Source of the DNA: Thermoplasma sp.
Lineage (GTDB): Archaea; Thermoplasmatota; Thermoplasmata; Thermoplasmatales; Thermoplasmataceae
Assembly: GCF_023256435.1 (NCBI RefSeq)
Contig: NZ_JAGDXM010000032.1
Location: 3,617 to 67,616, forward strand
Direction of reading: 5' to 3'
DNA length: 64,000 nucleotides
A model generated the notes under the pieces. It was not told where the DNA came from, did no database searches, and was given only the letters and a program-made list of their open reading frames with translations. Positions 40,508 to 49,676 of the stretch are shown piece by piece. Position 1 is the stretch's first letter. Each line of letters begins with the position of its first letter. The position numbers and the translations under genes are program-made.

Positions 40508-41534
40508 CTGTTCTCCTCCTCATCTCTGAAAAAAACCATCTTGTGTCATGGGGTCCAGGCGACGCCTCAGGATGATACTGAACGGCCATCATCATATCGT
40601 CCTCTATCATCTCTACCGTACCATCATTCACGTCTCTCTCCGTGACGTGGAAATCCCCTATCGTGTCGGGATCGACTGCGTATCCATGGTTGTGCGTGGT
40701 TATGAATACCCTTCTGCCATCGCTCACCGCATGGTTTGATCCCCTGTGACCGAACTTCATCTTGTACGTCTTCGATCCATAGGCAAGCGCTATTATCTGC
40801 AGACCGAAACATATACCGAATACAGGCTTTCTTCCCAGGTTCTTCCTGATAAATTCTACCACTGGCTTCAGTGATGGGTGTTGCGGATCGCCAGGTCCAT
40901 TGGAGACGAAGATCGCATCATAGTGATCTATGGAATCAAGATCCGAATCCGGCGACGCCACAGTGAGAGAAAAATGATTGAGCATCATATCGCGAAGCGT
41001 CTTCTTAGAACCTAAATCGATGAAAAGTATGCGTTCTTCACCGTTACCCTTAATATTCCTGATGCCCGTGCTATCAAGCGCCTTTGTCACAAGATCCTCG
41101 TTCATAGGATCAGGGAAGTCCTTTACTGCCTCCGGGTTATCTGTTATGTAGGCCCTGAGAACGCCACCCTGCCTTATCTTTCTGACTATGAATCTGGTAT
41201 CTACACCATCTATGGCAGGGATGCCCTCGTCCCTCAGAAAACGATCGAAATCTCCCCCGAGAGAACCTGCCGGAAGCTCCATATGGGCATCTCTCGTGAT
41301 CACACCGGATACCTTCACCCTCTGGCTCTCCATGACGCCTTTGTGCAATTCATAGTTTGAAATGGTGGGAGAGGCAAAAACCAGCATCTGTCCAACGTAA
41401 GATGGATCGGTCAGACTCTCAAGATAACCTGTCATTGACGTTGTGAAAACAAGCTCTCCATATCCGGTGACGGGAGAACCATATCCAGAACCAACTATGA
41501 CTGTCCCGTCCTCCGTTATCAAGTATCGCTTCAT
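40491..41534 (-). CDS. carA: Carbamoyl-phosphate synthase small (glutaminase) subunit
   Basis: 'GICFGLQIIA' (nucleophile Cys), 'HNHGYAV' and 'QYHPEASPGPHD'. Overlaps carB by 17 nt. Confidence 0.95.
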   Translation of the reverse strand: MKRYLITEDGTVIVGSGYGSPVTGYGELVFTTSMTGYLESLTDPSYVGQMLVFASPTISNYELHKGVMESQRVKVSGVITRDAHMELPAGSLGGDFDRFLRDEGIPAIDGVDTRFIVRKIRQGGVLRAYITDNPEAVKDFPDPMNEDLVTKALDSTGIRNIKGNGEERILFIDLGSKKTLRDMMLNHFSLTVASPDSDLDSIDHYDAIFVSNGPGDPQHPSLKPVVEFIRKNLGRKPVFGICFGLQIIALAYGSKTYKMKFGHRGSNHAVSDGRRVFITTHNHGYAVDPDTIGDFHVTERDVNDGTVEMIEDDMMMAVQYHPEASPGPHDTRWFFSEMRRRTDAAKR

Positions 41535-42428
41535 TTCAACCTTTTCCTCGGGTATTGCCTATCATTTAATAAATTTTGCATTATTGGGCTATAGCTAGGT
41601 TCATTCTCTCCTGTTCTTCAATATCTATGTCTAGGAACCAACAAGGCTAAGGATTCCCTGGATGATCATGACGATCCTAAATCCACGCACGAAGTCAGCA
41701 GCATAGGCTGGATCTATTGAGACATGCCCACCGGAAAATATACCAGATACAAGCGTCTTCAGAATGTATGCGAATAGTATGATTTATGCAATAATTATTC
41801 TGAAGAGCTGTCGGAGGAATCTCATCGTTGCTAAGAAGCCGGATCCTATGCCTCAGAATCTTGGATCAATGGAGCCCATACTTGCATGCATCCCTGTCTG
41901 CATGCAATCTGTATACGCTTTCACCCGCAATACTTGAGGCAGATTGCAGAGGCATTCATAACCAGTACCTGACTGGCTTTAGTATGGAAGTATCCTGCTC
42001 GGCTTCTATGAAGGACTTATCCTCAGGACTTTCCATATCTCCCATCTTCCCATCAAAACATATATATTTCTCGCGATTCATCTCATCCTAAAGGTCGGAG
42101 CATTTTTGCTCTTTCTCGTAATATCTGAGCTTCTGAATGGCAAAATACGATGGCGCTGGATCGAAAAGGTGTCAGGAACGAACCGATAGAGATTGTCATG
42201 AGTATGAGACCTCCTCTCAGTGGATCCGCTTCGCCTGAATCCGGAATCTATCAGCATTCTCATAATTGTGCTGCATAGGGAATTTCTCCTTTTTTAGAAT
42301 AATAAATGACACCTAAATATTTTCATTCGGTTGATAATCTTTGGTTATGCATGAGCGATTTAGGAAATGCATAGATGCAGCTAAACGGTCAACTAAGAGG
42401 GGGCCATGGAAAATGGCCTGTTAAAAAA

Positions 42429-42441
42429 TATTTAAGTAAAA
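42429..42441 (+). promoter_or_regulatory. TATA-like element upstream of tRNA-Asp
   Basis: 'TATTTAAGTAAAA' lies about 32-44 nt upstream of the tRNA 5' end. Confidence 0.3.
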
Positions 42442-42472
42442 GGTCTCAATTAGGTCTTACCTCTTTCAGAAT

Positions 42473-42545
42473 GCCCCGGTAGTGTAGTGGCCTATCATAC
42501 AGGCCTGTCGAGCCTGTGACATGGGTTCAAATCCCGTCCGGGGCG
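42473..42545 (+). tRNA. tRNA-Asp (GTC)
   Basis: Acceptor GCCCCGG/CCGGGGC, anticodon stem CAGGC/GCCTG with loop CTGTCGA, T stem ATGGG/CCCGT with loop TTCAAAT. No encoded CCA. Confidence 0.9.
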
Positions 42546-42713
42546 CTTATGATCCTTCGGGTTCGCAATCTTTTCGATGGGTCTGAAGTTAAGGTCTACG
42601 CCGCGAACCAAGGAAATTGCGTCTTCCACAGATTCCTGAATGTACTCTTTGGTCGTCTCAAACTTCGCATGTCTCATTAGGATTCGTACCATCTTAAAAT
42701 AATCGTGTTTCTG
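42495..42713 (-). pseudogene. C-terminal remnant of a tyrosine recombinase (integrase) overlapping the 3' half of tRNA-Asp
   Basis: An open frame of 72 codons reads '..HDYFKMVRILMRHAKFETTKEYIQ..', matching the box II 'LLGH.....T..Y' region with the catalytic Tyr. There is no upstream catalytic domain; a stop lies at 42714-42716. The last 17 codons run through the tRNA. Confidence 0.55.
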
Positions 42714-42760
42714 CTATCCATATCAATCATCAGCATTATGATCGCTTGTTCGAAAGAAAA

Positions 42761-43825
42761 TCATATCCTGTCGAGAAAGATCAAAGACAGATCCCCGAAT
42801 TCATGATACGTATATCCCCATTCATTGGCCTTTTTTGAAATCAACCTTATAATTTCCTCATCCTGAAATGCTTCAAGCATCATTATGTGGGAGCCTTCTT
42901 TTTCATGCATTCCCGTTATTAATCCGTCCACCATTCTAATCCTGTGGTTTTGGTCTATAAATGCACTGGTTGTTCCTGATATCATTCCTTCATCATTCTC
43001 ATCCTGCATCAACATTTCGCTAAGCCTAAATTTGCCACTGGTCATTTCTATAGTTTCCAATGCCCTGACCACTGTTGTACCAACAGCTATGACCTTGTTG
43101 CCCCTTTTTCTGGCTTCGAACAGCGACCTGAAAGTTCTAATGGGAATAGAAAATCGCTCCTCCATAAGGCGGCGTTCATTTAGAAATTCATAAGGTTCAA
43201 GCGATCCAAGGTTACAATGAAGCGTCAGTTCTTCTATATTTATTCCTTTATCTACAAGTTTCTTTATTATTTTTGAATCGAATGAATAGGAAGCGGATGG
43301 TAACTCTACACTCCCTGGTATCTTATAAAACGGGCCTTCATAATATATATCTGGAATGTCAAATGGTATATGATCATACCTGATGAATCGACCATAATTA
43401 CCAATAACATGGTCAATTGTATCATCGTTTCTATTTAGCCTTGCCCACCAATATCTAGGGAACAGATGATGCCTCTTGAAAAGTATTATTGAATCTGAAC
43501 TGTCTAACAGATCCAACCCATCGCCCTCGGTCATACGAAATCCTGTTCCCTTTGGCCTTATCTCCAGAAGAAATAAGTTAGAAAGTCTGTCTGTACCTAT
43601 ATTTACAGTCAGATATTCCTGAAGTTTAGGTGAGTATACTTGGAGGCTTGAGGGTATGATCTTACTGTTGTTGAAGATGAGCAAATCTCCTTCAGCCAGC
43701 ATGTCTGGAAGATCGGGGAGAGTTGAATCCAATATACTATTTTTGAACACTACCATCATCTTTGCGCCACTCCTGCTGTATCCATACATTTGCCTCGGCA
43801 AGTAGCCTGAAAAAAATTCATTCAT
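42761..43825 (-). CDS. QueA-like protein (S-adenosylmethionine:tRNA ribosyltransferase-isomerase family)
   Basis: 'GDLLIFNNSKIIPSSL', 'GSVELPSASYSFDSKII', 'EELTLHCNLGSLEP', 'VIAVGTTVVRALE', 'MVDGLITGMHEKEGSHIMMLEAF' and 'YTYHEFGDLSLIF' are co-linear with bacterial QueA blocks. ATG 43825 overlaps the SDR stop by 8 nt. Confidence 0.85.
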   Translation of the reverse strand: MNEFFSGYLPRQMYGYSRSGAKMMVVFKNSILDSTLPDLPDMLAEGDLLIFNNSKIIPSSLQVYSPKLQEYLTVNIGTDRLSNLFLLEIRPKGTGFRMTEGDGLDLLDSSDSIILFKRHHLFPRYWWARLNRNDDTIDHVIGNYGRFIRYDHIPFDIPDIYYEGPFYKIPGSVELPSASYSFDSKIIKKLVDKGINIEELTLHCNLGSLEPYEFLNERRLMEERFSIPIRTFRSLFEARKRGNKVIAVGTTVVRALETIEMTSGKFRLSEMLMQDENDEGMISGTTSAFIDQNHRIRMVDGLITGMHEKEGSHIMMLEAFQDEEIIRLISKKANEWGYTYHEFGDLSLIFLDRI

Positions 43826-44486
43826 TTCTCTCAAGCCTCTCCATTATTTCGTCCAAGAGTTTACCGGCGACATCTTTTGGATTTTTAAGTGGAGATCGGT
43901 CCTCAGGTAAGGCCATATGATGCATTTCTGTGTCCATATCACCTGGATCATAGGAGAACGCCTGGATCTTTCTTTCCGTCAGTTCCACGTTGAGAATTCT
44001 TATGATTGCGTCGAAGGCCGCCTTTGATGATGAATACGCACTCCAGCCAGCATAGGGTGCAGTGGCAGTGTCAGAGGTGATATGAACAACAATGCCTCCA
44101 TCTTTTAACAGAGGTATGGAATATTTCAGAAAATTAAAATTACCGAAAAAGTTCGTTTCAAATGTCATTCTTAGATCCTCTATTCGAAGTTCTTCTACCT
44201 TTGGCAGGGGAAGAGGGCCTATTGTTGCTGCATTAAGGATCAGAACATCCATCCCGCCATATTCCATCTTGACTTTATTCAGAAATATAGATATGGAGGA
44301 CTCTATCCTGATATCGCAAATCTCGGCAATGAGTTGACCGTTTCGTTTACTTCTTATCTTTTCTATTTCTGCTTTCCTTCTGCCACATATAGCCACATTC
44401 CATCCTGCATTCAAAAATGCATTCATAATTTCATAGCCAAGACCAGAGGTTCCACCAGTTATTACTATACTTTTTTCAGCGCTCAT
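43818..44486 (-). CDS. Short-chain dehydrogenase/reductase (classical SDR)
   Basis: 'ITGGTSGLGYEI' (TGxxxGxG), 'LNAATIG' (NAAG-like) and 'YSSSK' (YxxxK). 222 aa. Confidence 0.9.
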   Translation of the reverse strand: MSAEKSIVITGGTSGLGYEIMNAFLNAGWNVAICGRRKAEIEKIRSKRNGQLIAEICDIRIESSISIFLNKVKMEYGGMDVLILNAATIGPLPLPKVEELRIEDLRMTFETNFFGNFNFLKYSIPLLKDGGIVVHITSDTATAPYAGWSAYSSSKAAFDAIIRILNVELTERKIQAFSYDPGDMDTEMHHMALPEDRSPLKNPKDVAGKLLDEIMERLERNE

Positions 44487-44899
44487 AATCTATCAATTAT
44501 TGAAGATTATTAAATAATAGCGTTTATAAAATTTATAAATTAACGAATTATATACACATTCATTGCTTATCGCGAAAATTATGAGATGTTAATATAGACA
44601 ATCGAAGAGGCAAATTGCTGATAACCATAGCACTCAGATTTCAGATTAATATGATGTTCCAATATATTCAATAATGGGAAGCACCATTTATAGCGCTCAT
44701 GTCTTCTAGTTGGATATTTCAATTTTTGCACCGGATACCATATATTCAAACGTAGCCCTCTTAAACAAATGCATGATGGCACATTGCTCTACTTGAATAT
44801 CACGGTTTATGTTTAAAAGTCTAAAACACCAACATATTGCAAAGTAATCGATAATAGATCAGCTCTAAAAGTATATTATAAAAGTATAGATAAGCCCAT

Positions 44900-46012
44900 A
44901 TGAACGTAAATAAGCTTCGAGAGGCAGGCGAAGATATCAGAATAATGCTCAATGATGCTGGTTATTACAAAGTACCTGTAGATTATAACCCGGAATTGGA
45001 TGATGATAGAATTACCTCCTCATATGCTTATCCCATAAAGGCATTTGAAAAATTCTTGGGATATTACGACAATGATAATAGGATAGCTTATAATCCGTCC
45101 ATTTCGATGCAAACAAATTTTTCCTACTGTCTTACTGCCTGCAGATACAGAAAAAATGGATCAACAGATACAGTCCTCCTAGATGGAATTAGAGATAAAA
45201 AATATGATAATAAAGCTAGGTTCGCTCTGGATCATTTCAAGAGGGAATATAATATCAAAGGGGCCTTCGATTTCTATATAAAGAGGTATAGGAAGTATAC
45301 AAACGCAAAGGGCCTAAGCGAATCCTCCGCGGTGGCAGCGTCTGTGGCAAGAGCCTTAATATCCAATGCATTCGGAAACGAAGCGGCGGGCGATAATGTC
45401 TTTGTTTCGAGATATGCAAGGCTTGTATCCGGATCTGGAACGAGAGCCGCACAGGATGGGATCTCGATCTGGCTCTCTTATCCTGGGATAGATGTGAGGG
45501 ATTCCGCAGCATTCAAAGTCGGGGAAAATAGAAAGGATCTATATTATGGTATATTCCCAAAATCCAGCGATATTCCAACAGATAATGCCCACAAAATAGC
45601 CGTGAATTCCATATTCTATGAAAATTGGGTATCTGAAAAATTTAACAATATAAAGCGGCTGATTTCGAACAATTTTGAAATGAAAGATCTGCTGAGAATA
45701 GGCGAAAATGATATGCTTAGACTGAACTCTGTTCTGTTATCTGGTGGCCTTCTCATTCAAACTGCTGATAGTATAAGGCTCCTGCATCAAATACTGAAGT
45801 TCAAATCAAAGAACGATGGGTTTTATTATACCGCCGATACAGGCCCATCCATTGCTATCTTCTCGTTTGACAGATCATTGATAGACGAATTCAGGGAGAA
45901 TGTTGAGGACGAATATTTAGAAGGAACATACGAGTTTGATGAACACAAGCGGGAAATGAAAGCCTTTGAAAGTGAAGCTAGGGATTATTTTCTCACTCTA
46001 AAAATAACATAG
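44900..46012 (+). CDS. Diphosphomevalonate decarboxylase family (GHMP) protein
   Basis: Co-linear with MDD blocks: 'NPSISMQTN' (NNSLSVTLD), 'AKGLSESSAVAASVARAL' (GLASSAS...), 'YARLVSGSGTRAAQDGISIW' (ARRGSGSASRS..GG...W) and 'YYTADTGPSIAIF' (FTMDAGPNV). Confidence 0.85.
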   Translation: MNVNKLREAGEDIRIMLNDAGYYKVPVDYNPELDDDRITSSYAYPIKAFEKFLGYYDNDNRIAYNPSISMQTNFSYCLTACRYRKNGSTDTVLLDGIRDKKYDNKARFALDHFKREYNIKGAFDFYIKRYRKYTNAKGLSESSAVAASVARALISNAFGNEAAGDNVFVSRYARLVSGSGTRAAQDGISIWLSYPGIDVRDSAAFKVGENRKDLYYGIFPKSSDIPTDNAHKIAVNSIFYENWVSEKFNNIKRLISNNFEMKDLLRIGENDMLRLNSVLLSGGLLIQTADSIRLLHQILKFKSKNDGFYYTADTGPSIAIFSFDRSLIDEFRENVEDEYLEGTYEFDEHKREMKAFESEARDYFLTLKIT

Positions 46013-46165
46013 TTCTATTGAACTATAATGTAGAATCTGAACTTAAAATCCAGAATATGCTATAGGATATTTTGAATATCATCGAGATCGGATTCTTATC
46101 GAATGTAAATATTGAAAAGATAAAAGAGATGAGAAATTGATGTCAGTAGTTTGAAATTATTTGAA

Positions 46166-47653
46166 TCAGTCGAAGTCGGCATAATCACCTGGCTGAAGCT
46201 TAGTGGTGCTCCTGTACTTTAGAGAAACCACTATGGCCCTGGCAACCAGAAGGACTGCAAGGTTGACCGCTAAACCTATTATTCCAACGTACATGTATCC
46301 GAACGTAGGTATCAGAGAAGAAGAGAAATGTACATCAAAAAGACCCCAGGTGACCACGGCAAAACCTGCAGCCCAGCCCAGGCCGGTACTGTATTTATCA
46401 AGATTCTTCCAGTACATCGATATTATTATCGCGGGAAGCGTCTGCAATAGCCATGCATATGACATCGTCAAAAGATAGAATATGAGTCCGGATGCTGCAG
46501 GAACTATGGCAAAGAGAAGTGAAGCAAATATCATGACAACGACAAATATCCTGCCTATGAGTACCTGCCTGGATTCCGGCGCATTCTTATTGAAGAACTC
46601 AAGGTATATATTTCTAGTGATAAGATTCGCTGAGGCCAACGCCTGCAATGATGCTGGCACCATGCTCCCTATGATTATTCCGGAAAAAGCTATTACGACG
46701 AATGTTGATGGAAAATACGTAGCCAGGACTGAAGGAAACGCAAGGCTGGATACGCCGCTTGGCACAAGGTTCTCTGCAAGGGCGACTAGACCGAATATCG
46801 CAAGAAACATCAGCCAGATCTGATAGACCGGTAGCAAGATTGAATTTTTCTTTATTATCCTCGCACTTTTAGATCCAAATATGCCTGTGAGCAGATTTGG
46901 GAAAAGAAGCCAAGCCACACCGTTACCAAATGCAAGCGTTATGAAACCAAGCATCAGCTTATCCGGTATAAGCACGGTCTTTCCGCTAGTTTCCAGCGTA
47001 GAAAAGACGGGCCCGAAGCCGGAGAACTTCATCCAGAGGACTACTAGAACCGTCAGTATGATTCCCCACAGAACGACATCCTTGATCACAGATCCAAGGG
47101 CAGGCCCTCTGAGACCCGCCACTATCGTGAAAGCCGCTACGATCAGGAAAGCTATTATGAAGCTTGTAAGTACAGGGAATTTCATGGCCTCAAGCACATA
47201 CTTTATTCCTACTATCTGAAGGGCTATATACGGTAACATAGCCAGCAATCCGGTCAAGGCCACAAGAAGACTCAGGATACGACTATCGAATCTCGCATTG
47301 ACATAATCTGCACCCGTTATGAAATTGTATTTCTTTGCTATGAGATAGAGCCTAGGAGCGACAAAATAAAGAAATGGATAGGATATGGCGCCATACACTG
47401 TTGCATAAAGTATCAGCCCGCCTGCACTGAATGCTCCGCCCGGGATAGATATGAGCGAATATGCTGTGTATATATCGCCACCCATGAGGAACCAGACGAT
47501 AACCGAACCAAAGTGCCTTCCACCTATGCTCCATTCGCTTATCTTGCTCAGATCTGCCTTTCTCCATCTTGCTCCAAGAAAGGAAACCACGATCACAGCA
47601 AGAACGATCAAAAAGAAGACGGTATAATCGAACACAGTAAAGTTCATAGCCAT
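46166..47653 (-). CDS. Sodium:solute symporter family transporter
   Basis: 495 aa with about 13 hydrophobic segments. The N-terminal 'GGRHFGSVIVWFLMGGDIYTAYSLISIPG' is an SSF-type block. Confidence 0.85.
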   Translation of the reverse strand: MAMNFTVFDYTVFFLIVLAVIVVSFLGARWRKADLSKISEWSIGGRHFGSVIVWFLMGGDIYTAYSLISIPGGAFSAGGLILYATVYGAISYPFLYFVAPRLYLIAKKYNFITGADYVNARFDSRILSLLVALTGLLAMLPYIALQIVGIKYVLEAMKFPVLTSFIIAFLIVAAFTIVAGLRGPALGSVIKDVVLWGIILTVLVVLWMKFSGFGPVFSTLETSGKTVLIPDKLMLGFITLAFGNGVAWLLFPNLLTGIFGSKSARIIKKNSILLPVYQIWLMFLAIFGLVALAENLVPSGVSSLAFPSVLATYFPSTFVVIAFSGIIIGSMVPASLQALASANLITRNIYLEFFNKNAPESRQVLIGRIFVVVMIFASLLFAIVPAASGLIFYLLTMSYAWLLQTLPAIIISMYWKNLDKYSTGLGWAAGFAVVTWGLFDVHFSSSLIPTFGYMYVGIIGLAVNLAVLLVARAIVVSLKYRSTTKLQPGDYADFD

Positions 47654-47868
47654 GCCTCCCTGTCAACGAATTTGTAAACTACGAAAGTTATGACCGGCTG
47701 AATGAATATCCAGATGAAGAGATAGAAATAGAGAAACGGCCAGCCCCCGACGGTTGGATAGTATCTATTATACAGCGGAGCTGCAAATACCAGCGCAATC
47801 CACGGTATGAACATCAGAAGCGTCAGCTTCAATATCAATCTATTTCTTCGGGCATAATTCAGAGACAT
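47644..47868 (-). CDS. Small membrane protein, DUF3311-like symporter accessory subunit
   Basis: 74 aa, two TM segments. 'GGWPFLYFYLFIW' resembles the DUF3311 'G.PffywYq' block. Overlaps the symporter start by 10 nt. Confidence 0.6.
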   Translation of the reverse strand: MSLNYARRNRLILKLTLLMFIPWIALVFAAPLYNRYYPTVGGWPFLYFYLFIWIFIQPVITFVVYKFVDREAWL

Positions 47869-48815
47869 GATATTTCATATCATTATGAAGATATAAATTT
47901 TACCTTTAAATTAATTATAATTTAATATTATTATCAATTTGATAGATCTTTAACTTTCTTCAGTCTGGATCAGCCTATCATATTTGATCGAATATGCGTC
48001 TGGGATGAATGATTCCGGCATCGAATCTTTCTATCTTTTTCAAAAAGGAAAAAATGATCTCGATCCAAATGTACGTCAGTTCCATTCAGCTGAAGCCTCG
48101 GATCTTCCTTTCATCGAAGAGTCCTATGCTTATACGGACATAATTCGGACAGGCTTTATATCGTGATATCAGCAAACGTGCGTTTTGATCGCATTTATTC
48201 TACCTTCATCATTTGAATCTTCTTGATGTTCCTGAATGCACTGTTGACGAAGCGCAACTACGTCTATAGGTATTGGAAGTTGAATTCGTATAACCATGGT
48301 ATTCCTTCTTTGGTTTGATTAGCATGTTCTCCTTATCCATATAGAGCTTCACTTTGGTAGCTGCTATCAATTATTTTGGCAGGGATAGATATATTCCTAA
48401 GTATTTCTGGTCAGCTACTCCTCGCTAAAGCTCCTGGGCTTGCAGCTGGGAGGATCGAATGACCGAAAATGGCACCAGCCACAATAGGGTGGCTGACGGC
48501 AGCCCTGTTCCTGATGTTGAGGGAACTCTGCAGGAAGACCTTGTTGAAATGCTTCTTATCAAAGGCTATTCTGGAGACAAAAATTGGATGCTTCATTGAA
48601 TCTGATGAACGTATCTATGAGTATGTCTTTCTGTTATTCGTTTGGAAGCAGTTTGATCTGAAGGGTTTTAAGAACAGTATAAATATATTCATTCAATATA
48701 TGAAAATGTCGCAATTCCTCTCCATCTTAAAGGATGGGCTTTCTTTCCAGAGGAAAATGTGAAGACATTATTTTCTATCATCTGTTCCTTTTTTTACTCC
48801 ATGATTAGAACCGGC

Positions 48816-49676
48816 TTAATCGTAATTTCTTATTATGATCTCATCGATTGGGCCTCTCAAATTAGCCACCGAATTTATATTCCTTCTGGCCTTCACTCTG
48901 AACATATTGAATCCAGAATACATATCTTCTATAAACGGTGTACCTGAATTGCTCTCCATTACGAAAACTTCCCTTTCTGACAGATCTAGAAAAGTATGAA
49001 AGAGATCTCTCTGATCATCTTCTCTGAAACCGCTGGGACTGTACGATGTAAAATTCGAAGACCCATTTATGGGCATATATGGGGGATCAAAATAGACGAA
49101 GTCATGACGAGAGGCAGTCTTGACTGCTTCTCTATAATCCGCATTGAGTATCTGGGCTTTCTTGAGCGCATCAGAAAGAGCATAGATGTCATTGGTCCCA
49201 GGGAGAGATGGGTTTTCATAGCTTCCAAACGGTACATTGAAGTCACCCCTGGAGTTCACTCTGTATAAGCCATTATATCCATGCCTGTTGAGATATATGA
49301 GAAGAGCGTACTTTTCCGGACAGCTTTCACGTTTCATCGAATTGTACTGTTCTCTTGCCACATAATAATCATCCTTGCTGTTTCTGAATCTCAATGAGGA
49401 AAGTGCGTTCACAAGATCGTCTGGCCTGTCTCTGACCATTCGGTAAAGATCCATGAGATCTCCGTTGATATCTGAGATGACAGATCTTTTCAGAAGCCCA
49501 CGATTTGAGAGCTCGATGAACAGCGCTCCTCCGCCAAAGAATGGCTCATAGTATGTATTGAAATTTTCTGGCACAGACGAGACAAGATCAGAGATGATCT
49601 GCCTCTTTCCACCTGCCCATTTAAGTATTGGTTTGGCTCTCTTGACCGCTTCGTGGGTGGAACAAATATCCCGCAC
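48816..49676 (-). CDS. dam: Dam-type N6-adenine DNA methyltransferase
   Basis: 'ILKWAGGKRQI', 'EPFFGGGALF' (FxGxG SAM site) and 'VYFDPPYMP' (DPPY motif IV). GTG start at 49676. Confidence 0.9.
   Translation of the reverse strand: MRDICSTHEAVKRAKPILKWAGGKRQIISDLVSSVPENFNTYYEPFFGGGALFIELSNRGLLKRSVISDINGDLMDLYRMVRDRPDDLVNALSSLRFRNSKDDYYVAREQYNSMKRESCPEKYALLIYLNRHGYNGLYRVNSRGDFNVPFGSYENPSLPGTNDIYALSDALKKAQILNADYREAVKTASRHDFVYFDPPYMPINGSSNFTSYSPSGFREDDQRDLFHTFLDLSEREVFVMESNSGTPFIEDMYSGFNMFRVKARRNINSVANLRGPIDEIIIRNYD

Larger units (their letters stand above)
42495..46100. mobile_element. Possible degraded integrated element / AT-richer island next to tRNA-Asp (right boundary undefined)
   Basis: An integrase remnant sits at a tRNA 3' end. 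Sampled lines in 42.8-45.1 kb count about 35-38% G+C, versus about 45-52% in flanking core genes. No second att copy was found. Confidence 0.3.

Noticed and set aside
41866-42081. In-frame TGA (41956-41958) as selenocysteine or programmed read-through
   Set aside because: I saw no SECIS-like structure and no Sec machinery in the window. A second stop follows shortly, and the flanking peptides match no family. Nonsense decay or chance is more likely.
47741-47760. GCCCCCGACGG resembling the reverse complement of the tRNA-Asp 3' end (GCCCCGGACGG) as a second att site
   Set aside because: Only about 10 of 11 nt match, and similarity stops immediately. It lies inside the conserved 'VGGWP' coding block of the DUF3311-like gene, so it is most likely chance.
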